From the IMG/VR virus record IMGVR_UViG_3300023184_000038, positions 64,001 through 128,000 of that record: 64,000 nucleotides of DNA; one strand, 5' to 3'. Source of the DNA: a virus. The notes below the pieces were generated by a model. It saw only the letters and a list, made by a program, of their open reading frames with translations, was not told where the DNA came from and ran no database searches. Of the stretch, positions 28,123-37,371 are shown piece after piece. How positions within the stretch are numbered: the stretch's first letter is position 1; each line of letters opens with the position of its first letter. Position numbers and translations under genes: made by a program.

Positions 28123-29484
28123 ATGCGAACATATAATAAACGAATAGCATTTCTAATTAGTGACCAGCATTTTATTACGCATGGTGGGATAGGGCAGTTT
28201 GCTAAAGGTTTTACTGAATTAGGAGACCGCATCAATTGGAAAGTTGACATTATCTTAGACAAAGAACCAACAAACGATTTATCTATACTAGTTAAATCAT
28301 TGGGTGCAAATATCATATATACAGATTCTGGTCTACGCTATTCTGACCATACTGCTACGTTTGCTTTTAAAGATAGTATTAATTTTGAAAAAATGGTTAA
28401 TTTCAGAAAAAGCATTATGCTTGCGTTAGAAACTAATATTTATGATATGATTATTTGTAACACGCAAGAAGCAATGAGTGCAGCATATTCTATGGGGTTA
28501 GGAAAATATATTCCAGTAGTATTTTACACACATTCGTATAGTATGGTTTTTAGAGATGAGCAAGATTTTAGTGATGTTTGTATAGATGAATATCATAACT
28601 TTTTCAATAAGCATATGGAACTATCTCATAGTTTTGTTGGAACTCAAAGTCAAAAGAATGTTGATGAGATGACTAAGTATGGTGCAAAGAATGTATCACT
28701 ATTGCGTATGCCATTAAGTGAACGAGAATTGTTAGTACGCAATGATAATCCGCGCAAAGGTGTATTGTTTATTGGACGATGGGAAGAACGAAAAAATCCA
28801 GAAGCATATATTCGTGTTATGAAAGAATGTAAATTGCCTTGCAGAGTAATGACCAATAAAACAGGTGCTAAAAAATTTGAAAAAGCATTTGCTGATAATA
28901 ACATCACAGATTATGAAATCAAAATAAGTATTATTGGCAAAGAAAAAGTAGATTTTATTAAAAGTTGTAGTGTATTTTTTATGCCAGCATTAGGAGAAAA
29001 CTATCCGTTTGCGTTTAGTGAATGTTTGGGACATATGCCATGTGTTGTGTTAGATAATCAAGATTGGTCTAATAATTTTGACGAAAAATATTTTTATAAA
29101 GAAAAATTAAACAATGTATCAATGTTAATTCAACGATTATACAATACTACAAATTACTACGATACCGGAGCATTAGAATATATTAAATTACTAGATGACG
29201 ATACCGCTATAGGCTGGATAAAATTTTTAGATAAGTTTGTTTCTAAAAAAAGTAATACTAATTCAGCAAAAATAAATTCGACAGAAACAGTATGTTATCA
29301 AGACTATATTAAAGAATTAAACAGAGGGCATTTAGCCCGTGAAGATATTGAAAGTGTATTGGCAAATCGTCATAAATTTATTATCAATGTATATACAGAT
29401 GATAATACGTATTTAAGTAAAGATCCAAAATTTAAGCCAATAGAAGAACAGTCACCTAGTGTGTCATTATTTGAATGGGTATGA
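28123..29484 (+). CDS. GT-B (family 4-like) glycosyltransferase
   Basis: HGGIGQF, LFIGRWEERKNP, MPALGENYPFAFSE. Confidence 0.75.
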   Translation: MRTYNKRIAFLISDQHFITHGGIGQFAKGFTELGDRINWKVDIILDKEPTNDLSILVKSLGANIIYTDSGLRYSDHTATFAFKDSINFEKMVNFRKSIMLALETNIYDMIICNTQEAMSAAYSMGLGKYIPVVFYTHSYSMVFRDEQDFSDVCIDEYHNFFNKHMELSHSFVGTQSQKNVDEMTKYGAKNVSLLRMPLSERELLVRNDNPRKGVLFIGRWEERKNPEAYIRVMKECKLPCRVMTNKTGAKKFEKAFADNNITDYEIKISIIGKEKVDFIKSCSVFFMPALGENYPFAFSECLGHMPCVVLDNQDWSNNFDEKYFYKEKLNNVSMLIQRLYNTTNYYDTGALEYIKLLDDDTAIGWIKFLDKFVSKKSNTNSAKINSTETVCYQDYIKELNRGHLAREDIESVLANRHKFIINVYTDDNTYLSKDPKFKPIEEQSPSVSLFEWV

Positions 29485-30317
29485 TGAAAAAAGTATTAAT
29501 AACAGGTAATTCAGGTTATATCGGTAGTCATCTTTCCAAGATGTTAGCAGATTCTTATGAAGTATATGGGTTAGATATTACCCTTCCACAGACAGATCGG
29601 CTTAAAGATTGGTATAATATTGATATTCGTAAATTATTTACTATTGACCAAGAATTTGATGCAGTAATACATTTAGCAGCCTTAGTTAATGTAGGTGAAA
29701 GTGAGCAGCAACCCATAAGTTATTATATTACCAATTTGAATGGGACGATGAATGTCATCAATAAGATTAAGACAAAGAATTTTATTTTTGCAAGTACTGG
29801 CGCAGCAGCGGGATGTGAGAGTGCATATGGTATTAGTAAACGTGCTGCGGAAGATGTGGTGCGTGAATATTGCACTATACATAATCCCAAAGATTACACA
29901 ATATTTAGGTTCTATAACGTAATTGGTAGTGATGGTTTTTTGCCAACTAATCCAGACGGGTTGATGTATAATTTAATGAAATCAAAAGAAAAGGGCGAAT
30001 TTACTATTTTTGGGAATGACTATGATACCCGAGATGGAACTTGCATACGTGATTATGTACATGTTAATGAGATATGTGAAGCATTAGGTAGTGCTATTGA
30101 GAGGCCAAGTAATCAAATAGAATGTTTAGGGCATGGAGTAGGTTATACTGTTGCCGAGATAGTTAATACGTTCAAAAAAGTAAACAATATACCTAATATT
30201 AATTTACTTACTAAGATAGGTCCAAGAAGAAAGGGTGACTTAGCAGTATCTGTATTAGATAATGTGTCACCCTATATGAAGAATCTTTATACTTTAGAGC
30301 AGTTACTTAAAGTTTAA
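29481..30317 (+). CDS. galE: NAD-dependent epimerase (UDP-glucose 4-epimerase-like)
   Basis: TGNSGYIGSH, HLAA, YGISK (YxxxK), DGTCIRDYVHV. Confidence 0.8.
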   Translation: MMKKVLITGNSGYIGSHLSKMLADSYEVYGLDITLPQTDRLKDWYNIDIRKLFTIDQEFDAVIHLAALVNVGESEQQPISYYITNLNGTMNVINKIKTKNFIFASTGAAAGCESAYGISKRAAEDVVREYCTIHNPKDYTIFRFYNVIGSDGFLPTNPDGLMYNLMKSKEKGEFTIFGNDYDTRDGTCIRDYVHVNEICEALGSAIERPSNQIECLGHGVGYTVAEIVNTFKKVNNIPNINLLTKIGPRRKGDLAVSVLDNVSPYMKNLYTLEQLLKV

Positions 30318-32059
30318 GAAGCCCATTTTTTATAGGGCTTTGGTAATTTATTTTCCGCCACACCTTGCTTTCTAATCTTAACATTACCCCTCATTCGGTC
30401 AACACTTTCAGGAGTAGGAATATTTAGGCTACGGAACTGAGCTGTGCCTTGTGCAGCAACTGGTCCTCCATGTAAACTATCACGCTCTTCACCTTTGCTG
30501 TTACGCCACTTACCGTCAGTGCCTTGTGTCAGTGGTTCTTTTGTTTGATAGTCTCGTGGAACAAACGGTGCATTTGCACTAGGCTCTGGACTTGGGCTAG
30601 GTGATGAAGTAGATGCTGCTTTCCAGCCAGCCGCGTTCATTGCGTCTACAGTTTGATCACCGGGCTGTTTGCCGTCAGCTTTTCCATTTACAATTCGCAA
30701 ATACGAAGCCATTCCATACTGTGTACCAGAGCCTGCTGGCTTTTCAATCCAGTATGTTTTGCTTTGTGTATCAAGAACAGCTGGATAATTCTGACCATTA
30801 TAGTTAGTAGTTGTTAAAGTAAATCCATTACCTAAATCTTTTTCATTTGCCGGCGGTCCTCCAGCAGTGGCACCAGTATTACTAAAATCATTTATATTAG
30901 CTCCTGGTGGCAATCGTGGACGAATTGGTGCTTCAGCAGAGGCACCAGTATTACTAAAATCATTTATATTAGCTCCTGGTGGCAATCGTGGACGAATTGG
31001 TGCTTCATCTTCTTCTGTCACACCTTGCTTCTTATATACATCCTTGAATGCTTTATTAAAAATGTCAGTAGCTTGCTTAGTTGTTTTTTTAGCAGTGGTT
31101 GGCGTGGCAGTATGTTGTGGGTCAGAGTCGCTATAGTGGTCTCTTGAACCATATGTGCTATGACTTCTTGTGCCATCAGATTTCATACGTCCTTTGGGTT
31201 CTTGACTATGCATTTCCGCCACATCAGATTCTGGTTTCTTCTGCCCGTACATGTCTTTTCCATCTTTATCATAATGAGTTGGGGGAAAATCATACGCTTT
31301 ATTATGAATATCTTGCCTGGCCCATCTATTCATCTCACGCGGCCGGGGAATTAATTTTACCGTAGGCGTATGCTTATCTTTCAATGCCCAGTTATTCATT
31401 CCTTCCGCCACACCTTGCTCTAAACGATTCTGCGCTTTAGCAAATCCTGCAACACTGCGGTTGGCTTTTTCTGGACTACGCTTTGTTGGGTCTGCTTTAT
31501 GTTTCATAGAGTCGGAACTTACTTTTTGTTGATAACTCTTTAGTGCATTATTGCTAACTTCCGCCACACCTTGCTCGGCCATTCCTAACTTACGCATTAC
31601 CGCCGGAGAAGCGATTTTGTTTTTTATACAATTGGGATATTTTTTCCCAAACATAGTTTTCATGCCTTCTTTGTGATATCCTTTCCAGCAAGCTTCGTCT
31701 AAACTTTTCTGTGAGTGATCTCCGTGTGTTTCACACATACCACAGTCTTCACAGACCATTTCCATCTCAATGCTTTCGTTGTGTTTCTTTTTACCAGCGC
31801 AATGAGCCTTTTGACTAAATCCTTTGGGATGTGAGCAATTGATACTGCTTTTATATTTTTGACTCCATCCCTCATTATAGTTATCATACTTATTACGAAC
31901 AGCATCTAACTTTTTTTCACTAGCACCTTCACGTCCTGCTTTGGCTAATGCCTTCATACCATTTTTGCCATACTTTTCATTGCCCTTGGCAGCACGACTC
32001 ATTGGTCGTTTATTCTCTATTACTTTTTCTGTGCTAACAATTATGTGATTTATTTTCAT
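30314..32059 (-). CDS. modular polyprotein-like protein with five GVAE-type linkers
   Basis: 581 aa; EQGVAE x2, DVAE, KQGVTE, KQGVAE; short modules such as WSQKYKSSINC and CWKGY. Confidence 0.7.
   Translation of the reverse strand: MKINHIIVSTEKVIENKRPMSRAAKGNEKYGKNGMKALAKAGREGASEKKLDAVRNKYDNYNEGWSQKYKSSINCSHPKGFSQKAHCAGKKKHNESIEMEMVCEDCGMCETHGDHSQKSLDEACWKGYHKEGMKTMFGKKYPNCIKNKIASPAVMRKLGMAEQGVAEVSNNALKSYQQKVSSDSMKHKADPTKRSPEKANRSVAGFAKAQNRLEQGVAEGMNNWALKDKHTPTVKLIPRPREMNRWARQDIHNKAYDFPPTHYDKDGKDMYGQKKPESDVAEMHSQEPKGRMKSDGTRSHSTYGSRDHYSDSDPQHTATPTTAKKTTKQATDIFNKAFKDVYKKQGVTEEDEAPIRPRLPPGANINDFSNTGASAEAPIRPRLPPGANINDFSNTGATAGGPPANEKDLGNGFTLTTTNYNGQNYPAVLDTQSKTYWIEKPAGSGTQYGMASYLRIVNGKADGKQPGDQTVDAMNAAGWKAASTSSPSPSPEPSANAPFVPRDYQTKEPLTQGTDGKWRNSKGEERDSLHGGPVAAQGTAQFRSLNIPTPESVDRMRGNVKIRKQGVAENKLPKPYKKWAS
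30353..30369 (-). repeat. QGVAE linker repeat copy 4
   Basis: reverse complement AGCAAGGTGTGGCGGAA. Confidence 0.85.
30869..31007 (-). repeat. 72-nt tandem duplication
   Basis: EAPIRPRLPPGANINDFSNTGA twice, nucleotide-identical. Confidence 0.9.
31011..31030 (-). repeat. degenerate linker repeat copy 5 (KQGVTE)
   Basis: reverse complement AAGCAAGGTGTGACAGAAGA. Confidence 0.7.
31214..31225 (-). repeat. degenerate linker repeat copy 6 (DVAE)
   Basis: reverse complement GATGTGGCGGAA. Confidence 0.65.
31401..31420 (-). repeat. QGVAEG linker repeat copy 7
   Basis: reverse complement GAGCAAGGTGTGGCGGAAGG. Confidence 0.9.
31558..31576 (-). repeat. QGVAE linker repeat copy 8
   Basis: reverse complement GAGCAAGGTGTGGCGGAAG. 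Confidence 0.9.
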
Positions 32060-32538
32060 TTACTACCCTTTTCTTTATATGCCCAACGAGGTCCACCACC
32101 GCCGCCACCTGTTTCATTAAACCATGCATTGGATTCAGCTTGAGGTAAAGATTTTAGCCATTTAGAAAGCACTCCGGCCGCTGGGATCTTTCCATTTTTG
32201 TCAACAAATCTAGTGGAAATGACTCCTTTACGATTATCACCTATTTGCGGACTCAGCCAAACGCCATTCCACGCAGGTTCCCACATCATTATTTTTGTTG
32301 GATTGAATTCCCATTTTGTTGGGGAGAGCGGTCTAAGCAGATACACAGTTCCAGTTCCTCCGGGCGATGGGTTTGGAATTTCTTTATAATTACCTTTGGG
32401 AATTTGAATTGAAGCTTGACCAATCTTGCTTGCAGGGACCATATGGGTCCAGTTACTGGGTACAACATCATTACCACTACCTTTAGCAGTAGTTGCGGCA
32501 GGTGCTCCCTGAGATGCCAGCCACTCTAGTGGACTCAT
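32056..32538 (-). CDS. hypothetical protein
   Basis: 160-aa ORF with ATGA overlaps on both sides. Confidence 0.6.
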   Translation of the reverse strand: MSPLEWLASQGAPAATTAKGSGNDVVPSNWTHMVPASKIGQASIQIPKGNYKEIPNPSPGGTGTVYLLRPLSPTKWEFNPTKIMMWEPAWNGVWLSPQIGDNRKGVISTRFVDKNGKIPAAGVLSKWLKSLPQAESNAWFNETGGGGGGPRWAYKEKGSK

Positions 32539-34133
32539 TGTTCATCCTTCATCAGGAACCCTAGTTTTTTCATGGCTGTCAGATAGGCTCTCCACAATTT
32601 ATCAGGCCAACCGGTTGGTCGTTCGTAAGTCTTTCCGTCTACGGTTGCACGTTTTGGTAAAGGGCCAATATCTTGCACTGGATCTCCTGATTTACCCCAG
32701 GGCTTGTCGGTTGCTGCAACTGCCAGTGCTGGCAATTGACCAGACATAGCCTTCTCTCTAAGGTCTTCTATACCATCTATTGTTGCTTTTATATCTACTT
32801 TTAAATCGGCATCAGTAGTATCTAGTCCAAAATAACGCACAAGTATAGGCAACTGTTTTTTAATTATATCAACATCTTCTTTTGATATAAATCCAGCTGC
32901 TACAGCCTGTCCAACTGTACCTGCCTGCCCGGCTCCGCCTTCAGGTCCTCCGCCAGGCACACCGCCTTCAGGTCCTCCGCCAGGCACACCGCCTTCAGGT
33001 CCTCCGCCAGGCACACCGCCTTCAGGTCCTCCGGGAGGTTTATCTTCTGGTTTTTCTTCTTTGTTATTCCACCAGTCCCATAATGCTTTACCACCTTCAT
33101 ATGCTCCCCATAAGCCTAATCCCACGCTTCCAGCTTTTCCTAACTTACCAAGACCACTACCAATACTACGCATTGGATTACGGGCAGCAGCTGCTGCGGT
33201 CCGTCTAGCAGTTGATTGAGCTGTAATTGCTGCCCTTCTAGCTGCCTGGGCTGCTCTATTCCTAGCGCCGGGACTGCCACCTCGGACTAGTCTACCAAGT
33301 CCCCGAACTAACGGAGCAATAAATTCATTTAATTGTTCTGGCTTATTTTCAATTAAAATAGTAAAAATTCTAATTTGTTCAGCAGGTGAAAATTCATGTA
33401 GATTTTCAGATATCAGCCTACGTTTGAGAGTATTTCTACTTTCTGTTGTTACCTTATATTTTTTAAGAATATTGTTTAATTGAGTCAATGCAGTAGTTAA
33501 ATCAGCGGCAGGGCCGATATCTTTATCTGCATTTCCTGATTTACCCCTAAGATTGCCCGCTGCTGCAGCACCTGCTGCACCACCTGCAGTATTTGCACCC
33601 GCCTCGGCATCCATTCTATCAGCAATTCGTTCAGCTTGTGCTGCTGCGTCCGGTGCTTGATTTGCTGTAGTTGATGAATCAGTAGAAGAGTTTCCTGCTT
33701 GATTTGGTGTATCTGAGGAATCAGTAGAAGAGTTTCCTGCTTGATTTGGTGTATCTGGGTAAGGTTCAAACTTGTAAGGGGCAGAGTCAGTGCCGGGCCC
33801 AGGATCTTTACCGGCTTGGTTAGTTCCCGAAACACCGCGGCTAGTACCAAACGTTCCAAAATTAGAAGAAGCATTGTTAGGAGATGTGCTAAATATTGGT
33901 TCATCTGGCTTTCCACCAACTACACTCTTAACTGTATTCAAGTTGCTTGTACCAACGTTTAGTTCTTTTGCTTTTGCTTGATCGTCGGGGTCTTTAAAAT
34001 AACTTAGTGGAGGCTTTTCACCGGGCATTCTGGCTAAAATATACGGATCTTTACGGTCTGCATTACCCAACCATTTTTCTTGTTCGGGAGTAGGAGTCCA
34101 TTCTTCCCGCAAAATTAATTCATTTATTTTCAT
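32535..34133 (-). CDS. low-complexity putative internal virion protein
   Basis: MKINELILRE leader; Gly/Pro/Ala repeats; GATAAATA upstream. Confidence 0.65.
   Translation of the reverse strand: MKINELILREEWTPTPEQEKWLGNADRKDPYILARMPGEKPPLSYFKDPDDQAKAKELNVGTSNLNTVKSVVGGKPDEPIFSTSPNNASSNFGTFGTSRGVSGTNQAGKDPGPGTDSAPYKFEPYPDTPNQAGNSSTDSSDTPNQAGNSSTDSSTTANQAPDAAAQAERIADRMDAEAGANTAGGAAGAAAAGNLRGKSGNADKDIGPAADLTTALTQLNNILKKYKVTTESRNTLKRRLISENLHEFSPAEQIRIFTILIENKPEQLNEFIAPLVRGLGRLVRGGSPGARNRAAQAARRAAITAQSTARRTAAAAARNPMRSIGSGLGKLGKAGSVGLGLWGAYEGGKALWDWWNNKEEKPEDKPPGGPEGGVPGGGPEGGVPGGGPEGGVPGGGPEGGAGQAGTVGQAVAAGFISKEDVDIIKKQLPILVRYFGLDTTDADLKVDIKATIDGIEDLREKAMSGQLPALAVAATDKPWGKSGDPVQDIGPLPKRATVDGKTYERPTGWPDKLWRAYLTAMKKLGFLMKDEQ
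32935..33033 (-). repeat. 27-nt tandem repeat x3.7 (GGPEGGVPG)
   Basis: CCGCCTTCAGGTCCTCCGCCAGGCACA repeated. Confidence 0.9.
33676..33757 (-). repeat. 42-nt tandem duplication (DTPNQAGNSSTDS)
   Basis: two identical 40-nt copies. Confidence 0.9.
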
Positions 34134-34158
34134 TTTAGTTTACCTTGTTTAGTATTTA

Positions 34159-35700
34159 TCAATGCCTTAACAATAGAGTACTTAATACACCTGGATCGTT
34201 TGCACTAACATCCCCTTCACCGGGAGCAACAATAACATTGTACTTCATGCCAGTTGGAATTGAATTTCTTTTGGACATGTATTCAGTATAACTTAATATA
34301 CTTGATGCACTAATGCCGTATTCGTTTGCAATACGTTGTTTCATTTGAGCAAGAGCCTCAGGACTAGCAGGTTGCCATGCACCATCTGATGTCTTTTTCA
34401 AGTTACCCTTTTCATCCTTAGCCAACAAGTCATAAAATAGTTTTTCAGGCACTATACGACTATTCTTAGTTTTATCTAAGTTTGGATCTTGTGCCTTAAT
34501 TTGTTTCTCTTGTGTAGTATTAGCACCTTCACTCCAATTGATAATAAAGTTAGGCGGCTTATTAGCCAATGCTGCTCCGGCCATCTTAGTGTAAGCATAG
34601 AATCTAACATCAGGATGTTTAGCAGCCATTTTCAATGCTAAATCTAAGTATTCTGGACTAAAGAAGTCACCAGCATCATGCCAGCGAACTGTTGTTTGCC
34701 AACCATTAGGGAATTTCTTATCACCCTTTGCTGCTGCTTGTGCCTCAACAGAGATTTCATTGCTTAGTTGATTAAAGAAACCATCTGGATCATTCAATAG
34801 ATATGTTAGTATTCTTCCGTCACTTTGCCATGCTGCCTTAAATTGAATCTTACCGCCCTTCATGGCAAAGCACTCTACTTTACAAGAGCCAGCACCGGGA
34901 CAAGTATTAACAACGATTAACTTATTGGTTTGTTCATCTAGTGCAATTCCTACTAATGCTGCGAATCCAACATTAAAAAATTGTTCAAACTCTCCATTAC
35001 TATGCTTCATCTTTTCATTTTGCTTTAGTAACGCTTTGGGACGAATTGCCAATGTTTGTTTAATTTTATCCTCATCATATGTTTGACCATCTGGACTTAA
35101 GTATGTAACTACACTACTACGATGGATGTAAGGCATTTTGTATTTGTCTGTTTTAGTTTTACCAGTAGTATACTTTTCGTTGCCTTTCTTATCTACTTTG
35201 ATATTACCTGCTTTATCTAAGTCGGGTGTGCCAACGATACGTTTCATGTAGTCTTGAAACTCTTGGCTATCTAAATCACGAGTTTGTGCTGGCAGTTTGG
35301 TTGCTTCGTCTACATCTTTATACACACTACCTGCTTTATGTGCTGCATCAGTATAAGTACCGTGTAGTTTTTGTAACTGAGATAATGCTTTAGGTCCGTG
35401 AGTTTTTAAAATTTCAGCATATGCTTTGTCAGATGCTGCTTTGTTCGGGACTCTACCACCGCCGCCGTGATTTAAATAGGCTTTATGATATGCTGTCTTA
35501 GCATCAGATTCATTGATCTGTCCTAATCCAGATAGTTTACGAATTCTATCTAAGTGTTCTTGGCCTTCCGCCACACCTTCTTCTTCATCTGGCATATCAC
35601 TTGCACTAGCAACAAATTGTTGGGGAGTCATAATTTTTATTCCCGATGGTGCGCCTGCTAAATTAGAATTAGTTGACTCTAATATATCATTTATTTTCAT
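34159..35700 (-). CDS. gp88-like (radical-SAM-related) domain protein with processed-type N-terminus
   Basis: MKINDILE leader after GGAG; EGVAEG linker; TCPGAGSCKVEC, VRWHDAGDF, FYAYTK. Confidence 0.65.
   Translation of the reverse strand: MKINDILESTNSNLAGAPSGIKIMTPQQFVASASDMPDEEEGVAEGQEHLDRIRKLSGLGQINESDAKTAYHKAYLNHGGGGRVPNKAASDKAYAEILKTHGPKALSQLQKLHGTYTDAAHKAGSVYKDVDEATKLPAQTRDLDSQEFQDYMKRIVGTPDLDKAGNIKVDKKGNEKYTTGKTKTDKYKMPYIHRSSVVTYLSPDGQTYDEDKIKQTLAIRPKALLKQNEKMKHSNGEFEQFFNVGFAALVGIALDEQTNKLIVVNTCPGAGSCKVECFAMKGGKIQFKAAWQSDGRILTYLLNDPDGFFNQLSNEISVEAQAAAKGDKKFPNGWQTTVRWHDAGDFFSPEYLDLALKMAAKHPDVRFYAYTKMAGAALANKPPNFIINWSEGANTTQEKQIKAQDPNLDKTKNSRIVPEKLFYDLLAKDEKGNLKKTSDGAWQPASPEALAQMKQRIANEYGISASSILSYTEYMSKRNSIPTGMKYNVIVAPGEGDVSANDPGVLSTLLLRH
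35563..35580 (-). repeat. GVAEG linker repeat copy 9
   Basis: reverse complement GAAGGTGTGGCGGAAGGC. Confidence 0.85.
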
Positions 35701-35775
35701 ATGTCTCCGTAAATCATTTACTTTATTAGGCAAATATGCTATAATATACTATATTTATCACTACTGGCAATTCTT

Positions 35776-36810
35776 ATGACAAATAATCATATCAAACGTA
35801 TTGGGTTTGCGTGTAAGTTTTCTGAAGTTAATACTAAAAACTTTGTAGTTAGTGTGCCTGAATTAAACACGGGCGGCACAACTTTAACTTGGTTAAAACG
35901 TCAAAAACAAGAAGTAGCAGAACAAAAATTGTGGGATACTATGGAAAAAAATATAACCCATACTCATAATCTTGTAATGAAAGTTGGATCCCTTGTACCG
36001 GACCTCAGAATGGTTAGATTAACTAGCGATATGCTAACTGCATATACCCATCCTGATTGGGAATATTTTTATAAACGCCATGATGTGATTACCCGTATGG
36101 AAGAATTATTCACTAAAGTGGGCAATTCTGCTAGAGAAAATGATGTTAGATTGTCTTTTCATCCGGGACAATTTACTGTTTTAGCAAGCGCAAGTGATGA
36201 TATCATAAATAACAGTATTAAAGAGTTTGAATATCATGCGGATATGGCTCGTAGTATGGGGTATGGTAAACAGTTTCAAGACTTTAAAATCAATGTTCAT
36301 ATTTCAGGTAGACGAGGTCCGCAAGGAATCAAAGATGTAATGAAACGTCTAACCGTAGAAGCTAGAAATATGATTACTATTGAAAATGATGAAATGACAT
36401 GGGGAATTGATTCAAGTATGGAATTGATAGATACTTGTGCATTGGTACTAGATATACATCATCATTGGATTAAAACTGGAGAATATATTGAAAATAATGA
36501 TGATCGTATTAAAAGGATTTGTGATAGTTGGCGTGGCGTGCGCCCTGTTATACATTACTCCGTTAGTCGTGATGACTTACTTGTTGGCCATTCCCGATTA
36601 CAGCGCCCCGCTCTTTTTCCGTTAATGGAGTCCGGGCATAATAAACAAAAACTTAGAGCACATTCTGATTTTTATTGGAATGATGCAGTCAATGATTGGG
36701 CATTGACTCACTGGCAATGGGCGGATATTGTCTGTGAGAGCAAAGCAAAAAATCTTGCCTCATTTGCATTATATGAACTACGTAAGGATAAAGAATGTTC
36801 AACAAATTAA
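35776..36810 (+). CDS. uvsE: UV damage endonuclease UvsE/UvdE
   Basis: RIGFAC, RLSFHPGQF, TIENDE, LDIHHH, RAHSD, ESKAK. Confidence 0.9.
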   Translation: MTNNHIKRIGFACKFSEVNTKNFVVSVPELNTGGTTLTWLKRQKQEVAEQKLWDTMEKNITHTHNLVMKVGSLVPDLRMVRLTSDMLTAYTHPDWEYFYKRHDVITRMEELFTKVGNSARENDVRLSFHPGQFTVLASASDDIINNSIKEFEYHADMARSMGYGKQFQDFKINVHISGRRGPQGIKDVMKRLTVEARNMITIENDEMTWGIDSSMELIDTCALVLDIHHHWIKTGEYIENNDDRIKRICDSWRGVRPVIHYSVSRDDLLVGHSRLQRPALFPLMESGHNKQKLRAHSDFYWNDAVNDWALTHWQWADIVCESKAKNLASFALYELRKDKECSTN

Positions 36811-37256
36811 AAAATATATTTAGTAAATCTAAACCAGTCATCTCTACTGTAGAAACAATTCCTAGTAGTGTAACTTCAAGTATACCAAAAGAAAAAAGAA
36901 AAAGAAAGCCAAAAGAAAAAAAAGAAGAGAAAATTTTAAGTGCTAAAGAATTAGCCACTAGCAACGGAGAACCATATGTTAACATTGTTAAAATGGATAT
37001 TGATCATGATGATATTAATAGTGGTTCTGTAGAATTAGATTTCAATGACAAATTTGTTTTAAACTTAATTCGTGCAGGTTACAAAATAAAAACTACTGAT
37101 ACTGATAATGATATAGTTGATCGGTGGTGGATTGGACTGTGTAGGGCGACCGTACTGGAAACGTTTGATCAGGAAATGGGAGATCCAGATAAGAGAAACA
37201 GCTATCGTAATGTACGAACTAAAGATTTGGGTGATGGGCGTACAGAAGTCAGTTAA
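36795..37256 (+). CDS. hypothetical phage protein
   Basis: 153-aa ORF. Confidence 0.6.
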   Translation: MFNKLKNIFSKSKPVISTVETIPSSVTSSIPKEKRKRKPKEKKEEKILSAKELATSNGEPYVNIVKMDIDHDDINSGSVELDFNDKFVLNLIRAGYKIKTTDTDNDIVDRWWIGLCRATVLETFDQEMGDPDKRNSYRNVRTKDLGDGRTEVS

Positions 37257-37285
37257 CAATTTGGTTAAGCACACTAAAAAAGTTG

Positions 37286-37314
37286 TTGACAATAAAGAAA
37301 AAACAGTGTATAAT
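37286..37314 (+). promoter_or_regulatory. consensus sigma70 promoter
   Basis: TTGACA-17 nt-TATAAT. Confidence 0.85.
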
Positions 37315-37371
37315 ACACGCATTGTTAGACAATAGTGTTTAACAATAAAAAACTTTCTTAAGGAAAATAAA

